This document shows, one piece after another, positions 31,726 through 41,991 of a stretch of 64,000 nucleotides of DNA. Positions within the stretch are counted from its first letter, which is position 1, and every line of letters starts with the position of its first letter. This stretch comes from Pseudomonadota bacterium (GTDB lineage: Bacteria; Pseudomonadota; Gammaproteobacteria; Burkholderiales; Methylophilaceae). The position numbers and the translations under genes were made by a program. The DNA lies in the NCBI GenBank assembly GCA_020053735.1, contig JAGVMP010000015.1, positions 12,708-76,707 of the forward strand, in the 5' to 3' direction. Below the pieces are notes generated by a model that was given only the letters and a program-made list of their open reading frames with translations, was not told the origin of the DNA and made no database searches.

Positions 31726-32750
31726 TGGCTGACAAAATTCTAGTCCTTGGTCCAGCGTGGGTAGGCGATATGGTACTGGCACAAAGCCTATTTAAAACGC
31801 TCAAACTCAACCGACCTGATTGCATTATTGACGTTGCTGCTCCCGCGTGGACATTGCCTTTACTAGAGCGTATGCCAGAAGTTTCTGGCAAGATTGCTCT
31901 GCCATTTAAACATGGCGAACTGGCTTTTTGGCAGCGCATTCAATTTGGCAAAAGCTTAAAAAATGCAGGTTACAGTCAAGCAATCATTCTCACCAACTCG
32001 TTTAAATCAGCTTTGCTGCCTTGGGCGGCCAGCATAGCAAAACGCACCAGCTTTTTAGGTGAAATGCGCTACGGTTTAATTAACGATATCCGCCCACTTG
32101 ATAAAACCAAGCTCAAAAAAACGGTAGAACGGTTTGTGACACTAGGTTTAGATAAAGATGTATCTTTGCCAAAAACCATTCCAAACCCATACTTAAACAG
32201 TGCCCCAGAAGCCGCATGGATATTGGCTTACAGGCTAGGTGTTTTGGATAATAAGAGTAAAGTGCTGGGCATTTGCCCAGGTGCAGAGTACGGTGAGGCC
32301 AAACGCTGGCCAGCCGAATACTATGCCGAAGTAGCCAATGATGCACTCAAAAAGGGTTGGCAAGTGTTATTGTTTGGGTCAGATAAAGACATGCCAGTAA
32401 CCACTCAAATCAACCAGCTTACGCAAAATAAATGTGTTGATTTAGGTGGCAAAACTAAACTGGGCGAAGCGATAGATTTGATGTCGATTTGCGATACCGT
32501 GATTAGCAACGACTCTGGTTTGATGCATGTGGCCGCCGCGCTAAGTAATGAAACTAGCGCAAAAAAACTCATCGCCATATTTGGCAGCAGCGACCCTTAC
32601 CACACGCCACCTATGCAGCCAGATGCAGTGATAGAATATTTAGGCTTAAGTTGCAGCCCTTGCTTTAAGCGTGAGTGCCCGCTTAAAGATGAGGCGCATT
32701 TAGCTTGCTTAAAAAATATCACGCCGCAGTTGATTGCCACTAAAATTTAG
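31725..32750 (+). CDS. waaF: LPS heptosyltransferase II
   Basis: 'PAWVGDMV', 'PGAEYGEAKRWP', 'NDSGLMHVAAA'. Confidence 0.94.
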   Translation: MADKILVLGPAWVGDMVLAQSLFKTLKLNRPDCIIDVAAPAWTLPLLERMPEVSGKIALPFKHGELAFWQRIQFGKSLKNAGYSQAIILTNSFKSALLPWAASIAKRTSFLGEMRYGLINDIRPLDKTKLKKTVERFVTLGLDKDVSLPKTIPNPYLNSAPEAAWILAYRLGVLDNKSKVLGICPGAEYGEAKRWPAEYYAEVANDALKKGWQVLLFGSDKDMPVTTQINQLTQNKCVDLGGKTKLGEAIDLMSICDTVISNDSGLMHVAAALSNETSAKKLIAIFGSSDPYHTPPMQPDAVIEYLGLSCSPCFKRECPLKDEAHLACLKNITPQLIATKI

Positions 32751-32765
32751 TTCTGAATTTAAACC

Positions 32766-34301
32766 ATGCAATTTATTATCCCTAATTTTTTCAACAAAAT
32801 AGAGTCAGTTGCACCAAAAAAACTTTTTTTGATTGTGGTGCTGGCGAGCATGCTGCTGGCTGGCTGGATGCAATATATTCAACATGGTTGGATTAACCCA
32901 GATACGGTACTGTATTTCGAGCAAGCGCGCTTAATTGCCTTAGGTGACTGGGCTGGTGCGATTCAAGTGTTCAATTGGCCGCTGTATGGCGCGTGCATTG
33001 CAGCAGTACATAAAATCACCAGCTTAGGTATTCATCAATCGGCTCAAGTACTGAATATGCTATTTTTTGGCATTGCTACAGCCAGCTTTTTAACCATTAT
33101 TCAATTGGCTGGTGGCGGTACACGCGTCATGCTAGCAGGCACACTATTGCTGTTTGGTGGGCAATATTTAGTGGGTGACGTGCTGGAAATGTTGATGCGC
33201 GACGAAGGGTTTTGGGCGTTTTACTTAAGTGGCTTAGTGTTTTTTATACGCTATGTGCAGCACAATAAACTAAACGATGCGTTGCTGTGGCAGGTATGCA
33301 TCATGATTGCCACCCTATTCCGCATTGAAGCCATTTGCTATTTAATTGGCTTGCCACTTTGCTTGCTGTTGATGCGTGAGCTTAGCTGGAATAATCGCTT
33401 ACTGCGCATACTAAACACCTATTCAGTTGCTATTTTTGCGCTGATTGTGATTGCTGCAACAATTACTATTAGTGAGAATTTAAGTATGCGCAATTTTGGT
33501 CGTCTGCAAGAAGTGTTTTCGTTGAATCTATATCAAGAATTTACACTTAAACTTTTCACTCAAGCGCAAATCATGTCTAGTCAGGTGCTGGGGAAATACC
33601 TAGAAGAATTTGCAGTGATAGGTTTATTATTGACTTTCATTTATATAATAATAGTAAAAACAATCTCTGCCACTGGCATATTTGCTGCAGTTTTTGCTGG
33701 GCTTGCGCTAAAAAATCATGGTACAAATATAGAGACGAAAGCCTATTTTGTGCTGAAAACTACTGCATTTGTCGCACTTATTAGCATGGCGCTAATTATC
33801 GTCAAGGTATTTGTGCTGTCTGGCCGCTATGTGGCTGGCTTAAGCTGGGTATTGCTGGTACTTGGTGCCTTTTATTTTGCAGCGCTGTTGGCAAGCAATC
33901 AGAAAAGAATAGCCCTCATTACCTCGCTTGTGGTGATTGCGCTTTGTCTTGGATTTGTAAAAAACATCTTGCCGAAACGCCAGGGTTATAACTACATGCA
34001 AGAGGCGGTGGCTTGGCTAAGTAAAAATAATACCCAAAACCTGCCAGTGTTCTATGATGAAAAGCGATTACGTTATTATGCAAGTGCACCATTTACAAAC
34101 GATTCAGATGACTGGGAATCTCTTTCAAAGAAATTTCAATCTGCGTCAATACATCACTATGGCTACTTAATGCTACGTCACTCCAGCAAGTATCCAGAAA
34201 GAAAACAATACTTAAAAGACCATTTGCCAAGCTATCAAGAAATTGCCAGCTTTAATTCCGTTAAGTCTAAAAATAGTATTGTTATTTATCAACGTAAGTA
34301 A
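32766..34301 (+). CDS. Polytopic membrane protein, probable GT-C fold glycosyltransferase
   Basis: About 11-12 hydrophobic segments; acidic first-loop motif 'INPDTVLY'; soluble C-terminal domain; inside LPS operon. Confidence 0.55.
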   Translation: MQFIIPNFFNKIESVAPKKLFLIVVLASMLLAGWMQYIQHGWINPDTVLYFEQARLIALGDWAGAIQVFNWPLYGACIAAVHKITSLGIHQSAQVLNMLFFGIATASFLTIIQLAGGGTRVMLAGTLLLFGGQYLVGDVLEMLMRDEGFWAFYLSGLVFFIRYVQHNKLNDALLWQVCIMIATLFRIEAICYLIGLPLCLLLMRELSWNNRLLRILNTYSVAIFALIVIAATITISENLSMRNFGRLQEVFSLNLYQEFTLKLFTQAQIMSSQVLGKYLEEFAVIGLLLTFIYIIIVKTISATGIFAAVFAGLALKNHGTNIETKAYFVLKTTAFVALISMALIIVKVFVLSGRYVAGLSWVLLVLGAFYFAALLASNQKRIALITSLVVIALCLGFVKNILPKRQGYNYMQEAVAWLSKNNTQNLPVFYDEKRLRYYASAPFTNDSDDWESLSKKFQSASIHHYGYLMLRHSSKYPERKQYLKDHLPSYQEIASFNSVKSKNSIVIYQRK

Positions 34302-34351
34302 CTTAAAATACTGCACTGATTGCGCTACGACATCCCTTAGAAAGATATTTT

Positions 34352-35293
34352 ATGCAGGTACTATGCCCAATTTGTAACCAACCATCCACTTACAATTTTA
34401 GTAGCCGAGATTTAATGTTTAATCATTATGATAGGTATGATTACCATTGCTGCACTAGCTGTGATTTTACATTTCAGCACCCCTTGCCCACTACAGAACA
34501 GATTGGCTCTTTTTATCCCGATGAATATGAAGTCTACGAAGAACAATCTCGCTTAAAAAAAGTAAGTGGTCTTAGAAAGTCTGTTTTAAAAAAATATTAC
34601 GGTTACAGCCACTTAAATACCAGCGCATTCAATGATTTTATTTGCTTTATTCCTAAGTTATTTAATAATAACTTTGAGATTCATTTCAGTTCAAATGGGA
34701 AAGTACTGGATGTCGGATGTGGAAATGGGCGTTATCTAGATGGCATGAAAAAACTAGGCTGGCTAGTAAAAGGCGTGGAGTTTAACGAGAGCGCGGTACG
34801 CGTATGTAATCTCTCTGGTTTAGATGTACATCATGGAGATTTACTTTCCGCAAACTTTGATACTGATAGTTTTGACGTCATCAATGTCAGTCATGTAATT
34901 GAGCATGTTCCTAATCCGAAAGAGTTCTTCGCTGAGCTTTCACGAGTACTGAAAAAAAATGGTACGCTTATTATCAAAACACCCAACAGTCAGGCTCTAG
35001 GCAGAAGATTATTTAGTATTAATTGGTACGCAAACGATGTGCCAAGGCATATTTATTTATTCTCTGAAAAAAATTTTAATGTTCTGGCAAATGCTAGCAG
35101 TTTAAAAGTCCAACAATTACGAACTCGCACTACCCCAAAAATCATCTTAAACAGCATTGATTATGTTGTAGCCAATAATTCTAAACCATCAAAAAAGGTT
35201 AAGTGGATGAGATTCATTGCAAGATTATATGTGCTATTTGCGCAATATAAAAAAAGAGGCGATGAAATATTTGCTGTTTTTACTAAACACTAA
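34352..35293 (+). CDS. Class I SAM-dependent methyltransferase with N-terminal Cys cluster
   Basis: 'CPIC...CTSC', 'VLDVGCGNG', 'SHVIEHVPNP'. Confidence 0.85.
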   Translation: MQVLCPICNQPSTYNFSSRDLMFNHYDRYDYHCCTSCDFTFQHPLPTTEQIGSFYPDEYEVYEEQSRLKKVSGLRKSVLKKYYGYSHLNTSAFNDFICFIPKLFNNNFEIHFSSNGKVLDVGCGNGRYLDGMKKLGWLVKGVEFNESAVRVCNLSGLDVHHGDLLSANFDTDSFDVINVSHVIEHVPNPKEFFAELSRVLKKNGTLIIKTPNSQALGRRLFSINWYANDVPRHIYLFSEKNFNVLANASSLKVQQLRTRTTPKIILNSIDYVVANNSKPSKKVKWMRFIARLYVLFAQYKKRGDEIFAVFTKH

Positions 35294-35299
35294 ACAGAC

Positions 35300-36280
35300 A
35301 TGTCTAAAAAAATTCTGTTTATCTCAAAAGGTCAATATACTTCCTCCACACGCTATCGTGCTATGCAGTATTTCCCGAGTTTTATCGATAATGGTTGGCA
35401 GCCTACTCACATCACCATTTCAGGTGGGGCTATCCCAGTTTTAAAAACATTTATTGCTGCGATAAATGCCGATGTGATTGTTTTATTGCGTAAAACTTTT
35501 CCATTCCCTATATTTTGGATATTACGTCAATTATCAAAAAAGTTAATTTTTGATTTCGATGATGCCATTTTCGTTAATACTAATGGCTCACACTCCAAAA
35601 CTAGAATGAATCGCTTCAAAACTACTGTTGCCAGTTGTGACTATATTTTCGCGGGTAATCAATATTTAGCTGACGAGGCAAAAAAATATAATAGTGCAGT
35701 AGCAGTAATTCCCACCTCTTTAGAAATAAGTAAATATGATTTATCTTGTCAAAAAGATGATGCGATTTTTGAGCTAGTGTGGATTGGCAGTACATCTACC
35801 AAAAAATATATTACAGAAATTATTCCAGCACTTGAAAAAGCGGCACAAACTATTCCAAATTTGCAGCTTAAAATTATTGCTGATTTCGAGCTAGCAAGCC
35901 CAATACTTAACATTAAAAATGTTGCTTGGACAGAACATGATGAAGCAATAGAGTTGTGTAAGGCCGACGTAGGGCTAGCGCCTATGCCTGAAAATAACTG
36001 GACAAAAGGTAAGTGCGCGCTAAAAGTGTTGCAGTATATGGCGACAGGCCTACCTGTAATATCATCTGCGGCAGGCGTCAATGCTTACGTTGTCGAAAAT
36101 GGGGTTAGTGGATACCTGGCCTATGACAACAGTGAATGGTGTGAGTTAGTCATTCAAATAAATAAAGAAAAATCTATTTTGAAGCAGATGGGAATACTTG
36201 GCAAAGAACGCGCCTATAAAGAATTTTCTATCAATGTGGTTTTTCAAAAGATGTTAAAAATATTAACCCAAAAAGATTAG
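35300..36280 (+). CDS. GT4-family glycosyltransferase
   Basis: 'FDFDDAI', 'WIGS', 'KCALKVLQYMATGLPVI'. Confidence 0.88.
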   Translation: MSKKILFISKGQYTSSTRYRAMQYFPSFIDNGWQPTHITISGGAIPVLKTFIAAINADVIVLLRKTFPFPIFWILRQLSKKLIFDFDDAIFVNTNGSHSKTRMNRFKTTVASCDYIFAGNQYLADEAKKYNSAVAVIPTSLEISKYDLSCQKDDAIFELVWIGSTSTKKYITEIIPALEKAAQTIPNLQLKIIADFELASPILNIKNVAWTEHDEAIELCKADVGLAPMPENNWTKGKCALKVLQYMATGLPVISSAAGVNAYVVENGVSGYLAYDNSEWCELVIQINKEKSILKQMGILGKERAYKEFSINVVFQKMLKILTQKD

Positions 36281-36379
36281 GTAGTCTTAACACAACTTTA
36301 AATTCAGACAATAAAGCAACAAAATTTACACACAAGCTTTCAAACAAAGCGCTTCACTACCTTTTGTAATCATCGCACA

Positions 36380-37078
36380 CTAGAGCATTCTGTTTTGAAT
36401 ATCTTTCAATCTTATATCCGCTTTTCTACAATTTGCTTGGTAGCCATCAACCAGTGCTTGAATCTCTCTATAGCCAAAAACAAATTTAATTTCAAGATCT
36501 CGCCAAAATCGTGAAAAGTTTTTTAATCTTCTTCGGCTATCTAATGACCAAGGAAATATTGTCATATCAGCAATATCAATCAAACCCATTCTTTTTTCAG
36601 ATGTCAGTACGATATTACCAAGATGCAGGCCTCTGAAATAAATTCCCTTTTCGTGTACCTCTGCTATAAAAGCGCCTAAGTCTTTAGATAGTGCAATACT
36701 AATGTTTCTTGAGCGCAAAATATCAAGGATGGTATCCCCATACAATGGCTCGTAAACTACCGCTGTTTTATTAGAATTTTGTATATGATACAGCTGCTTA
36801 ACTTTAACAGTAGGAATCCCTAACTTAGCAATACGTTCTGCGTTTCTACAAAACATTCTTGCGTAAGAGTATACATGCGCGATACTAAACAGGCGTTTAA
36901 CACGAAAGATTTTGATGAAATCACCATTGGCAAGTTTTGCAACTTTGATGCCATACTGATCTTGCTCAAAGATAGCCTCTGCATTCGCAAGCCAGCGATT
37001 TAACTCCACCTGAGTCAGCAACTCACTTTTTTGGTATGAATACCCGAAAGTACATGCAACTTGCATTGTGACAATCAT
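36380..37078 (-). CDS. LPS kinase-like protein (Kdo/WaaP family; 'toluene tolerance'-type)
   Basis: 'FIKIFR', 'HEKGIYFRGLHLGNI', 'LIDIAD' kinase-fold motifs. Confidence 0.7.
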   Translation of the reverse strand: MIVTMQVACTFGYSYQKSELLTQVELNRWLANAEAIFEQDQYGIKVAKLANGDFIKIFRVKRLFSIAHVYSYARMFCRNAERIAKLGIPTVKVKQLYHIQNSNKTAVVYEPLYGDTILDILRSRNISIALSKDLGAFIAEVHEKGIYFRGLHLGNIVLTSEKRMGLIDIADMTIFPWSLDSRRRLKNFSRFWRDLEIKFVFGYREIQALVDGYQANCRKADIRLKDIQNRML

Positions 37079-37098
37079 GACAAATTTATTACAACAGA

Positions 37099-38112
37099 TT
37101 ATAGCTTATAGTATTTTTTATACCAAATCGAAAATTTTTCTATCCCAGTTTTCAAGTCTGTGTTTGGTTTAAACCCTACCCACGCCTCTAGTGCGCTAGT
37201 GTCGGCATAAGTCGCTTTTACATCCCCTGCTTGTATGGGTAAAAATTCTTTTTGCGCTTTTCTGTCCAACGCATCCTCTAAAAAACCGATAAAATCGAGT
37301 AGTTTTTCAGGATGATTATTCCCAATATTGAACAGTCTGTAAGGCGCATGGATATTGCCTCCCAGAGCATCGATTTGAGGCATTATAAGTTTGGCTGGTG
37401 GTTTATGTAGCACACGAATGACAGCTTCGACAATGTCGTCGATATAAGTAAAATCGCGCATCATATCGCCATAATTAAACACTTTAATTGGCTTATTGTT
37501 GAGAATAGCATCTGCAAATAAAAATGGCGCCATATCTGGCCTGCCCCATGGCCCATACACAGTAAAGAAGCGTAATCCAGTCGTTGGGATACCATACAGA
37601 TGGCTGTAGGTATGTGCCATCAATTCATTGGCTTTTTTCGTTGCTGCATACAAACTCACGGGGTGATCGACATTATCTGTCTCAGAAAATGGCAATTTAG
37701 TATTGCCGCCGTATACGCTAGATGAGCTTGCATACACCAAATGTTGCGGTTTAATCGCGCGGCACGCCTCTAGCACATTGGTAAACGCAACGATGTTGCT
37801 GCTGATATATGCATGTGGATTTTCGAGCGAGTAACGCACCCCCGCTTGCGCCGCGAGATGAATGACGCTATCTGGATTTTCACCTACAAATAATCGAGCT
37901 GTTGCAAGCTGCTCAGCTAAATCAAGCTTAACAAATTTAAAGTTTTTGGCATTTGGGTGCGCTTGAATGGTTTCAAGTCGCGCTTCTTTTAAACTTAGGT
38001 CGTAATAATCATTCATATTATCGACTCCAACCACGACGTCACCACGTGTCAACAACTGAAGCGCTGTATGAAACCCAATAAATCCTGCTACCCCTGTTAA
38101 TAATACTTTCAT
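37099..38112 (-). CDS. UDP-glucuronate 4-epimerase
   Basis: 'TGVAGFIG', '[11 protein letters not shown]', 'YAATKKANE', '[10 protein letters not shown]'; follows ugd. Confidence 0.88.
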   Translation of the reverse strand: MKVLLTGVAGFIGFHTALQLLTRGDVVVGVDNMNDYYDLSLKEARLETIQAHPNAKNFKFVKLDLAEQLATARLFVGENPDSVIHLAAQAGVRYSLENPHAYISSNIVAFTNVLEACRAIKPQHLVYASSSSVYGGNTKLPFSETDNVDHPVSLYAATKKANELMAHTYSHLYGIPTTGLRFFTVYGPWGRPDMAPFLFADAILNNKPIKVFNYGDMMRDFTYIDDIVEAVIRVLHKPPAKLIMPQIDALGGNIHAPYRLFNIGNNHPEKLLDFIGFLEDALDRKAQKEFLPIQAGDVKATYADTSALEAWVGFKPNTDLKTGIEKFSIWYKKYYKL

Positions 38113-38118
38113 TGCAAT

Positions 38119-39447
38119 TTATTTGGTCAAGCGCCCGATTGCGTGGTATTCAATACCAGCATTTTTTACTACGGCAGGATCATAAATATTACGGCCATCA
38201 AAAATAATATTTGATTTAAGCTTCCTTTTTATCTGACTAAAGTCTTGGCTTCTAAATTCCTTCCACTCAGTCACAATCACCAAGGCATCTGCATTATCCA
38301 AAGCTTGGCTTGGGCTTTCAGCATAACTTAACCCTTTTATACCATTCAATATGCGCTTGGTTTCTTGCATGGCAACTGGGTCGTAAGCCGTTACCGTAGC
38401 CCCTGCTGCCAGCAGATCAGCAATTAGCACACGACTAGAAGCCTCACGCATATCGTCCGTATTAGGTTTAAATGCCAAACCCCATACTGCAAAATGTTTA
38501 TCAGCCAAGTTTTCACCAAAATATTTTTTAATTTTTTTGGTTAATACTTGTTTTTGAGCATCATTGGCCGCTTCAACCGCATTCAGCACTTTTAAATCAT
38601 AAGCATTATTTTTACCTGTGCTAATCAGCGCTTTCACATCCTTAGGAAAACAGGATCCACCATAACCACAACCTGGGTACAAAAAGTCATAACCAATGCG
38701 CGGATCAGAGCCTATACCTTTGCGTACAGATTCAATATCTGCGCCTAAGAGTTCAGCCAAATTAGCAAGTTCATTCATAAAGCTAATGCGTGTCGCCAAC
38801 ATTGCATTAGCGGCATATTTAGTAAGTTCTGCGGAACGCAAATCCATCATAACTAAACGCTCGTGATTGCGCTGAAATGGCGCATAAAGCGTGCGCATTA
38901 CTTTTATACTTTGCTCATCTTCAGCGCCAATAATAATGCGATCTGGACGCATAAAATCTTCTACTGCTGCACCTTCTTTTAAAAATTCTGGGTTGGACAC
39001 CACACTAAAATCTATTGTCTTACTGCGCGCTAGAAGTTCTTCCGCAATCGCTTCTTTTACTTTATCCGCAGTGCCTACTGGCACAGTAGATTTATCTACC
39101 ACCACTTTATAACCAGTCATGTACTTGCCAATATTTCTTGCTGCGGCAACCACATACTGCAAGTCAGCAGAGCCGTCTTCATCAGGTGGCGTTCCAACTG
39201 CAATAAATTGCACATCGCCAAACGCAACCGATTGCTCAATATTTGTCGTAAATTTTAGTCGTCCAGCGGCTACATTACGGCGCACCATCTCGAGCAAACC
39301 AGGCTCATGAATAGGAATGCCACCATTTTCCAAAATTTTAATCTTTGCAGGGTCAACATCCAAGCAAAGTACATGATTGCCTACTTCAGCCAAGCAAGCA
39401 CCTGACACTAAGCCAACATAGCCTGTCCCGATTATAGCCACTTTCAT
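38119..39447 (-). CDS. ugd: UDP-glucose 6-dehydrogenase
   Basis: 'GTGYVGL', 'SNPEFLKEG', '[10 protein letters not shown]', '[10 protein letters not shown]'. Confidence 0.95.
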   Translation of the reverse strand: MKVAIIGTGYVGLVSGACLAEVGNHVLCLDVDPAKIKILENGGIPIHEPGLLEMVRRNVAAGRLKFTTNIEQSVAFGDVQFIAVGTPPDEDGSADLQYVVAAARNIGKYMTGYKVVVDKSTVPVGTADKVKEAIAEELLARSKTIDFSVVSNPEFLKEGAAVEDFMRPDRIIIGAEDEQSIKVMRTLYAPFQRNHERLVMMDLRSAELTKYAANAMLATRISFMNELANLAELLGADIESVRKGIGSDPRIGYDFLYPGCGYGGSCFPKDVKALISTGKNNAYDLKVLNAVEAANDAQKQVLTKKIKKYFGENLADKHFAVWGLAFKPNTDDMREASSRVLIADLLAAGATVTAYDPVAMQETKRILNGIKGLSYAESPSQALDNADALVIVTEWKEFRSQDFSQIKRKLKSNIIFDGRNIYDPAVVKNAGIEYHAIGRLTK

Positions 39448-39469
39448 TGGAGTTCAATCCTGTCTGTAT

Positions 39470-40900
39470 TTAATTTGGACATATTGAACCAATACCATAG
39501 ACGATAAGTTTTTTCTTCTTTTTAAGGTAGGGTTCAAATACTTTCATTTGGCAATCTGCGTTTTCAGCAACTTTATTATGATATTTTCCCTCGCTTAATA
39601 CCAGTGCGCCTTGGCCTGCATTCTTTAACTGTGTTAATTCGTCTAATGATATCGTTTTAATTGGCATATTTGCATAGTAAATTAAACGCATATCAAGCGC
39701 TCCAAAAGTGTAAAGTTGCTTAACTGGTGTTGTGCTAGACCAAGCTTGAAATTGTGAAAATACAGACACTCGGTAATCAAATATTTTCGATTCGATAAAC
39801 ATATAAAATCCCGCAAAAATCATTAGTAAAATCAAGCCTAAACTTAATATGATCCATTTAACTTGTACTTTGCAGGATTCAAAAATATGCGCAAGTTGAA
39901 TCGCCAATAAAATAATAATAATAGGATAAATAGGTAACAAATATTTAGCATGTTTGTTACTGAATATTGAAAAAATAATGATGGGCAGTACACAAGCTGT
40001 AAGCAATATTAAAAAATCAGGATTGCTTTTATGCGCCATCCATAAGCGCTTAGGCTGATATAAAAATAGCGCTATCAGCAATAAAAAGTCTGTGGCTAAC
40101 CAAGCAATATAACTTAAAAGTGGTTTGGCTACGACATCGCTTAACATTTTGTTTAACATGTCACGTTCTGCGATGGTTGCCCAAATATCTGAGCCTAATT
40201 TAGACATTACTGCAACATACCAAGACAAAGCAATGACCATAAATATAAGCCAGCCAATTTTATTGGTAAGCACTTCTTTAACTTGTTGATTTTTTGTCCA
40301 CACTACAATCACTAACAGCGGCGCTGTTACAAAGATCATCGCCACTGGACCTTTAGTCAGTACTGCCAAAGCGAGTAAAGCATAACTTAGGTAAATCCAA
40401 TAGGGCTTGGCTTGATCTTGCACATACTGAATTGCCGATAATAACGCCCCAAAACACAAAGCGGTTAACAACATCTCAATTTCTACTCTACGCGCTAACA
40501 TGGCAAAGCCTACATTTACAATCAATAATTGAATTGCAAATAAGGCAGCCCAATCACCAAAATGTTTTTTTGTATAAAAATATACCATGCTAGCAACTGA
40601 TGTGGCAGCGATTGCGGATGGAAGGCGTAATGTCCATTCATTGACTTGTCCAAGCAACGTGGACATAACCAATGAACACCAATATAAGAGTGGTGGCTTT
40701 GTCAGGTATAACTCACCATTTTGTGTAGGAAGCAGCCAATTACCGCTAGTGAACATCTCTTTAACGGCTAGAGCGCGTCGCCCCTCATTTAAGGACATTA
40801 ACTGCAAGCTACCCAAGCCCCAAAATAAGACTAAAACCCCCAATACAATTGTAGTTATGAGTAGATACTGATGATTTTTTGCTGAAGGTAACTTCATCAA
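39470..40900 (-). CDS. ArnT/Rgt-like GT-C glycosyltransferase (lipid-carrier dependent)
   Basis: 'NEGRRA..VKEM', 'KPPLLYW', 'LRLPSA', 'LTKGP'. Confidence 0.85.
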   Translation of the reverse strand: MMKLPSAKNHQYLLITTIVLGVLVLFWGLGSLQLMSLNEGRRALAVKEMFTSGNWLLPTQNGELYLTKPPLLYWCSLVMSTLLGQVNEWTLRLPSAIAATSVASMVYFYTKKHFGDWAALFAIQLLIVNVGFAMLARRVEIEMLLTALCFGALLSAIQYVQDQAKPYWIYLSYALLALAVLTKGPVAMIFVTAPLLVIVVWTKNQQVKEVLTNKIGWLIFMVIALSWYVAVMSKLGSDIWATIAERDMLNKMLSDVVAKPLLSYIAWLATDFLLLIALFLYQPKRLWMAHKSNPDFLILLTACVLPIIIFSIFSNKHAKYLLPIYPIIIILLAIQLAHIFESCKVQVKWIILSLGLILLMIFAGFYMFIESKIFDYRVSVFSQFQAWSSTTPVKQLYTFGALDMRLIYYANMPIKTISLDELTQLKNAGQGALVLSEGKYHNKVAENADCQMKVFEPYLKKKKKLIVYGIGSICPN

Positions 40901-41244
40901 AGCTTGCTTTGATTACGCTTGATCAGCATTAAATTGCGCGTATACACAACCGTACCTGGCAACTGACCCAGAATAATGACAGGGTCTAGCTTATGTAAAC
41001 CATAGGCTAGCACCACCAATCCGCCAATTAAACTTAAGTACCAAAAGCTAATCGGTATTAAACTTTTGCCATGTTTTTCGCTATGTATCCATTGCACAAT
41101 AAACCGTGCCATAAACAAGCATTGACCTAACAGGCCTATCCCCAGCCATATTAATTCGATGCTTGGCATGCCAACAATATAGGCATTTAACGCATTGATG
41201 ATATGCGAAAAATACAAACCAATACCATCATTAACTATTTGCAT
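40897..41244 (-). CDS. Lipid A biosynthesis N-terminal (LAB_N) domain membrane protein
   Basis: 'GLLGQCLFMARFIVQWIHSEK', 'FWYLSLIGG', 'DPVIILGQ'. Confidence 0.88.
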   Translation of the reverse strand: MQIVNDGIGLYFSHIINALNAYIVGMPSIELIWLGIGLLGQCLFMARFIVQWIHSEKHGKSLIPISFWYLSLIGGLVVLAYGLHKLDPVIILGQLPGTVVYTRNLMLIKRNQSKL

Positions 41245-41246
41245 GG

Positions 41247-41990
41247 CTAGTCAGCTATATCTACAATAATTTCAGGCACTTTAGTTTCAGGTACTTTCGC
41301 GCGGCGTTGCAACCAAGCGACACCAAACAAATCGAAAATACCTACTAGCAACCTATCAATCGTACCGTAGTTAGATTTTCCATGTGCACGATTACGATGA
41401 CTTACAGGGATTGAGAGAGTTTTCCCGCCACGCCGTTTAATAAGGGCAGGCAAAAAACGATGCATGTGATCAAAATATGGCAAGTCTAAAAAGGCTTCTC
41501 GACTAAATAATTTCAACCCGCAGCCCGTGTCTGGCGTATTGTCATTGAGCATTTTTGAACGCACTGTATTCGCAATAACTGAAGAGATTCTTTTAATCCA
41601 AGTATCACGACGGCTAGCACGCCGATTGCCTCCAACCAAATCTACACCATCCTCTAAAGCTGCCATTAACTTCAAAATATCCGCAGGATCATTTTGCCCA
41701 TCGCCATCTAATGTTGCAACCCAATCATATTGAGCATACTTAACGCCAGTTCTCACCGCAGTACTTTGTCCACAGCTTTTTAAATGCTGCACAATTTTTA
41801 ATTGTGGGTACTGTTGCGCTAAGGCCGACAGACTTGCAAAAGTCGCATCTGTACTACCATCGTCCACATAAATAATTTCATGCACTATACTTTGCAAGGC
41901 ACTATCTATCTCAGCAATCAAGCTAGCCACATTATCTTGCTCATTTCTCACTGGCACCACAACAGATAACGCTTTTAAATGTATGGTCAT
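41247..41990 (-). CDS. Polyprenyl-phosphate glycosyltransferase (GT2, RgtE/ArnC-like)
   Basis: 'VDDGSTD', 'LDGDGQNDP', 'DTGCGLKLF', 'FDHMHRFLPAL'. Confidence 0.88.
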   Translation of the reverse strand: MTIHLKALSVVVPVRNEQDNVASLIAEIDSALQSIVHEIIYVDDGSTDATFASLSALAQQYPQLKIVQHLKSCGQSTAVRTGVKYAQYDWVATLDGDGQNDPADILKLMAALEDGVDLVGGNRRASRRDTWIKRISSVIANTVRSKMLNDNTPDTGCGLKLFSREAFLDLPYFDHMHRFLPALIKRRGGKTLSIPVSHRNRAHGKSNYGTIDRLLVGIFDLFGVAWLQRRAKVPETKVPEIIVDIAD

Positions 41991-41991
41991 C

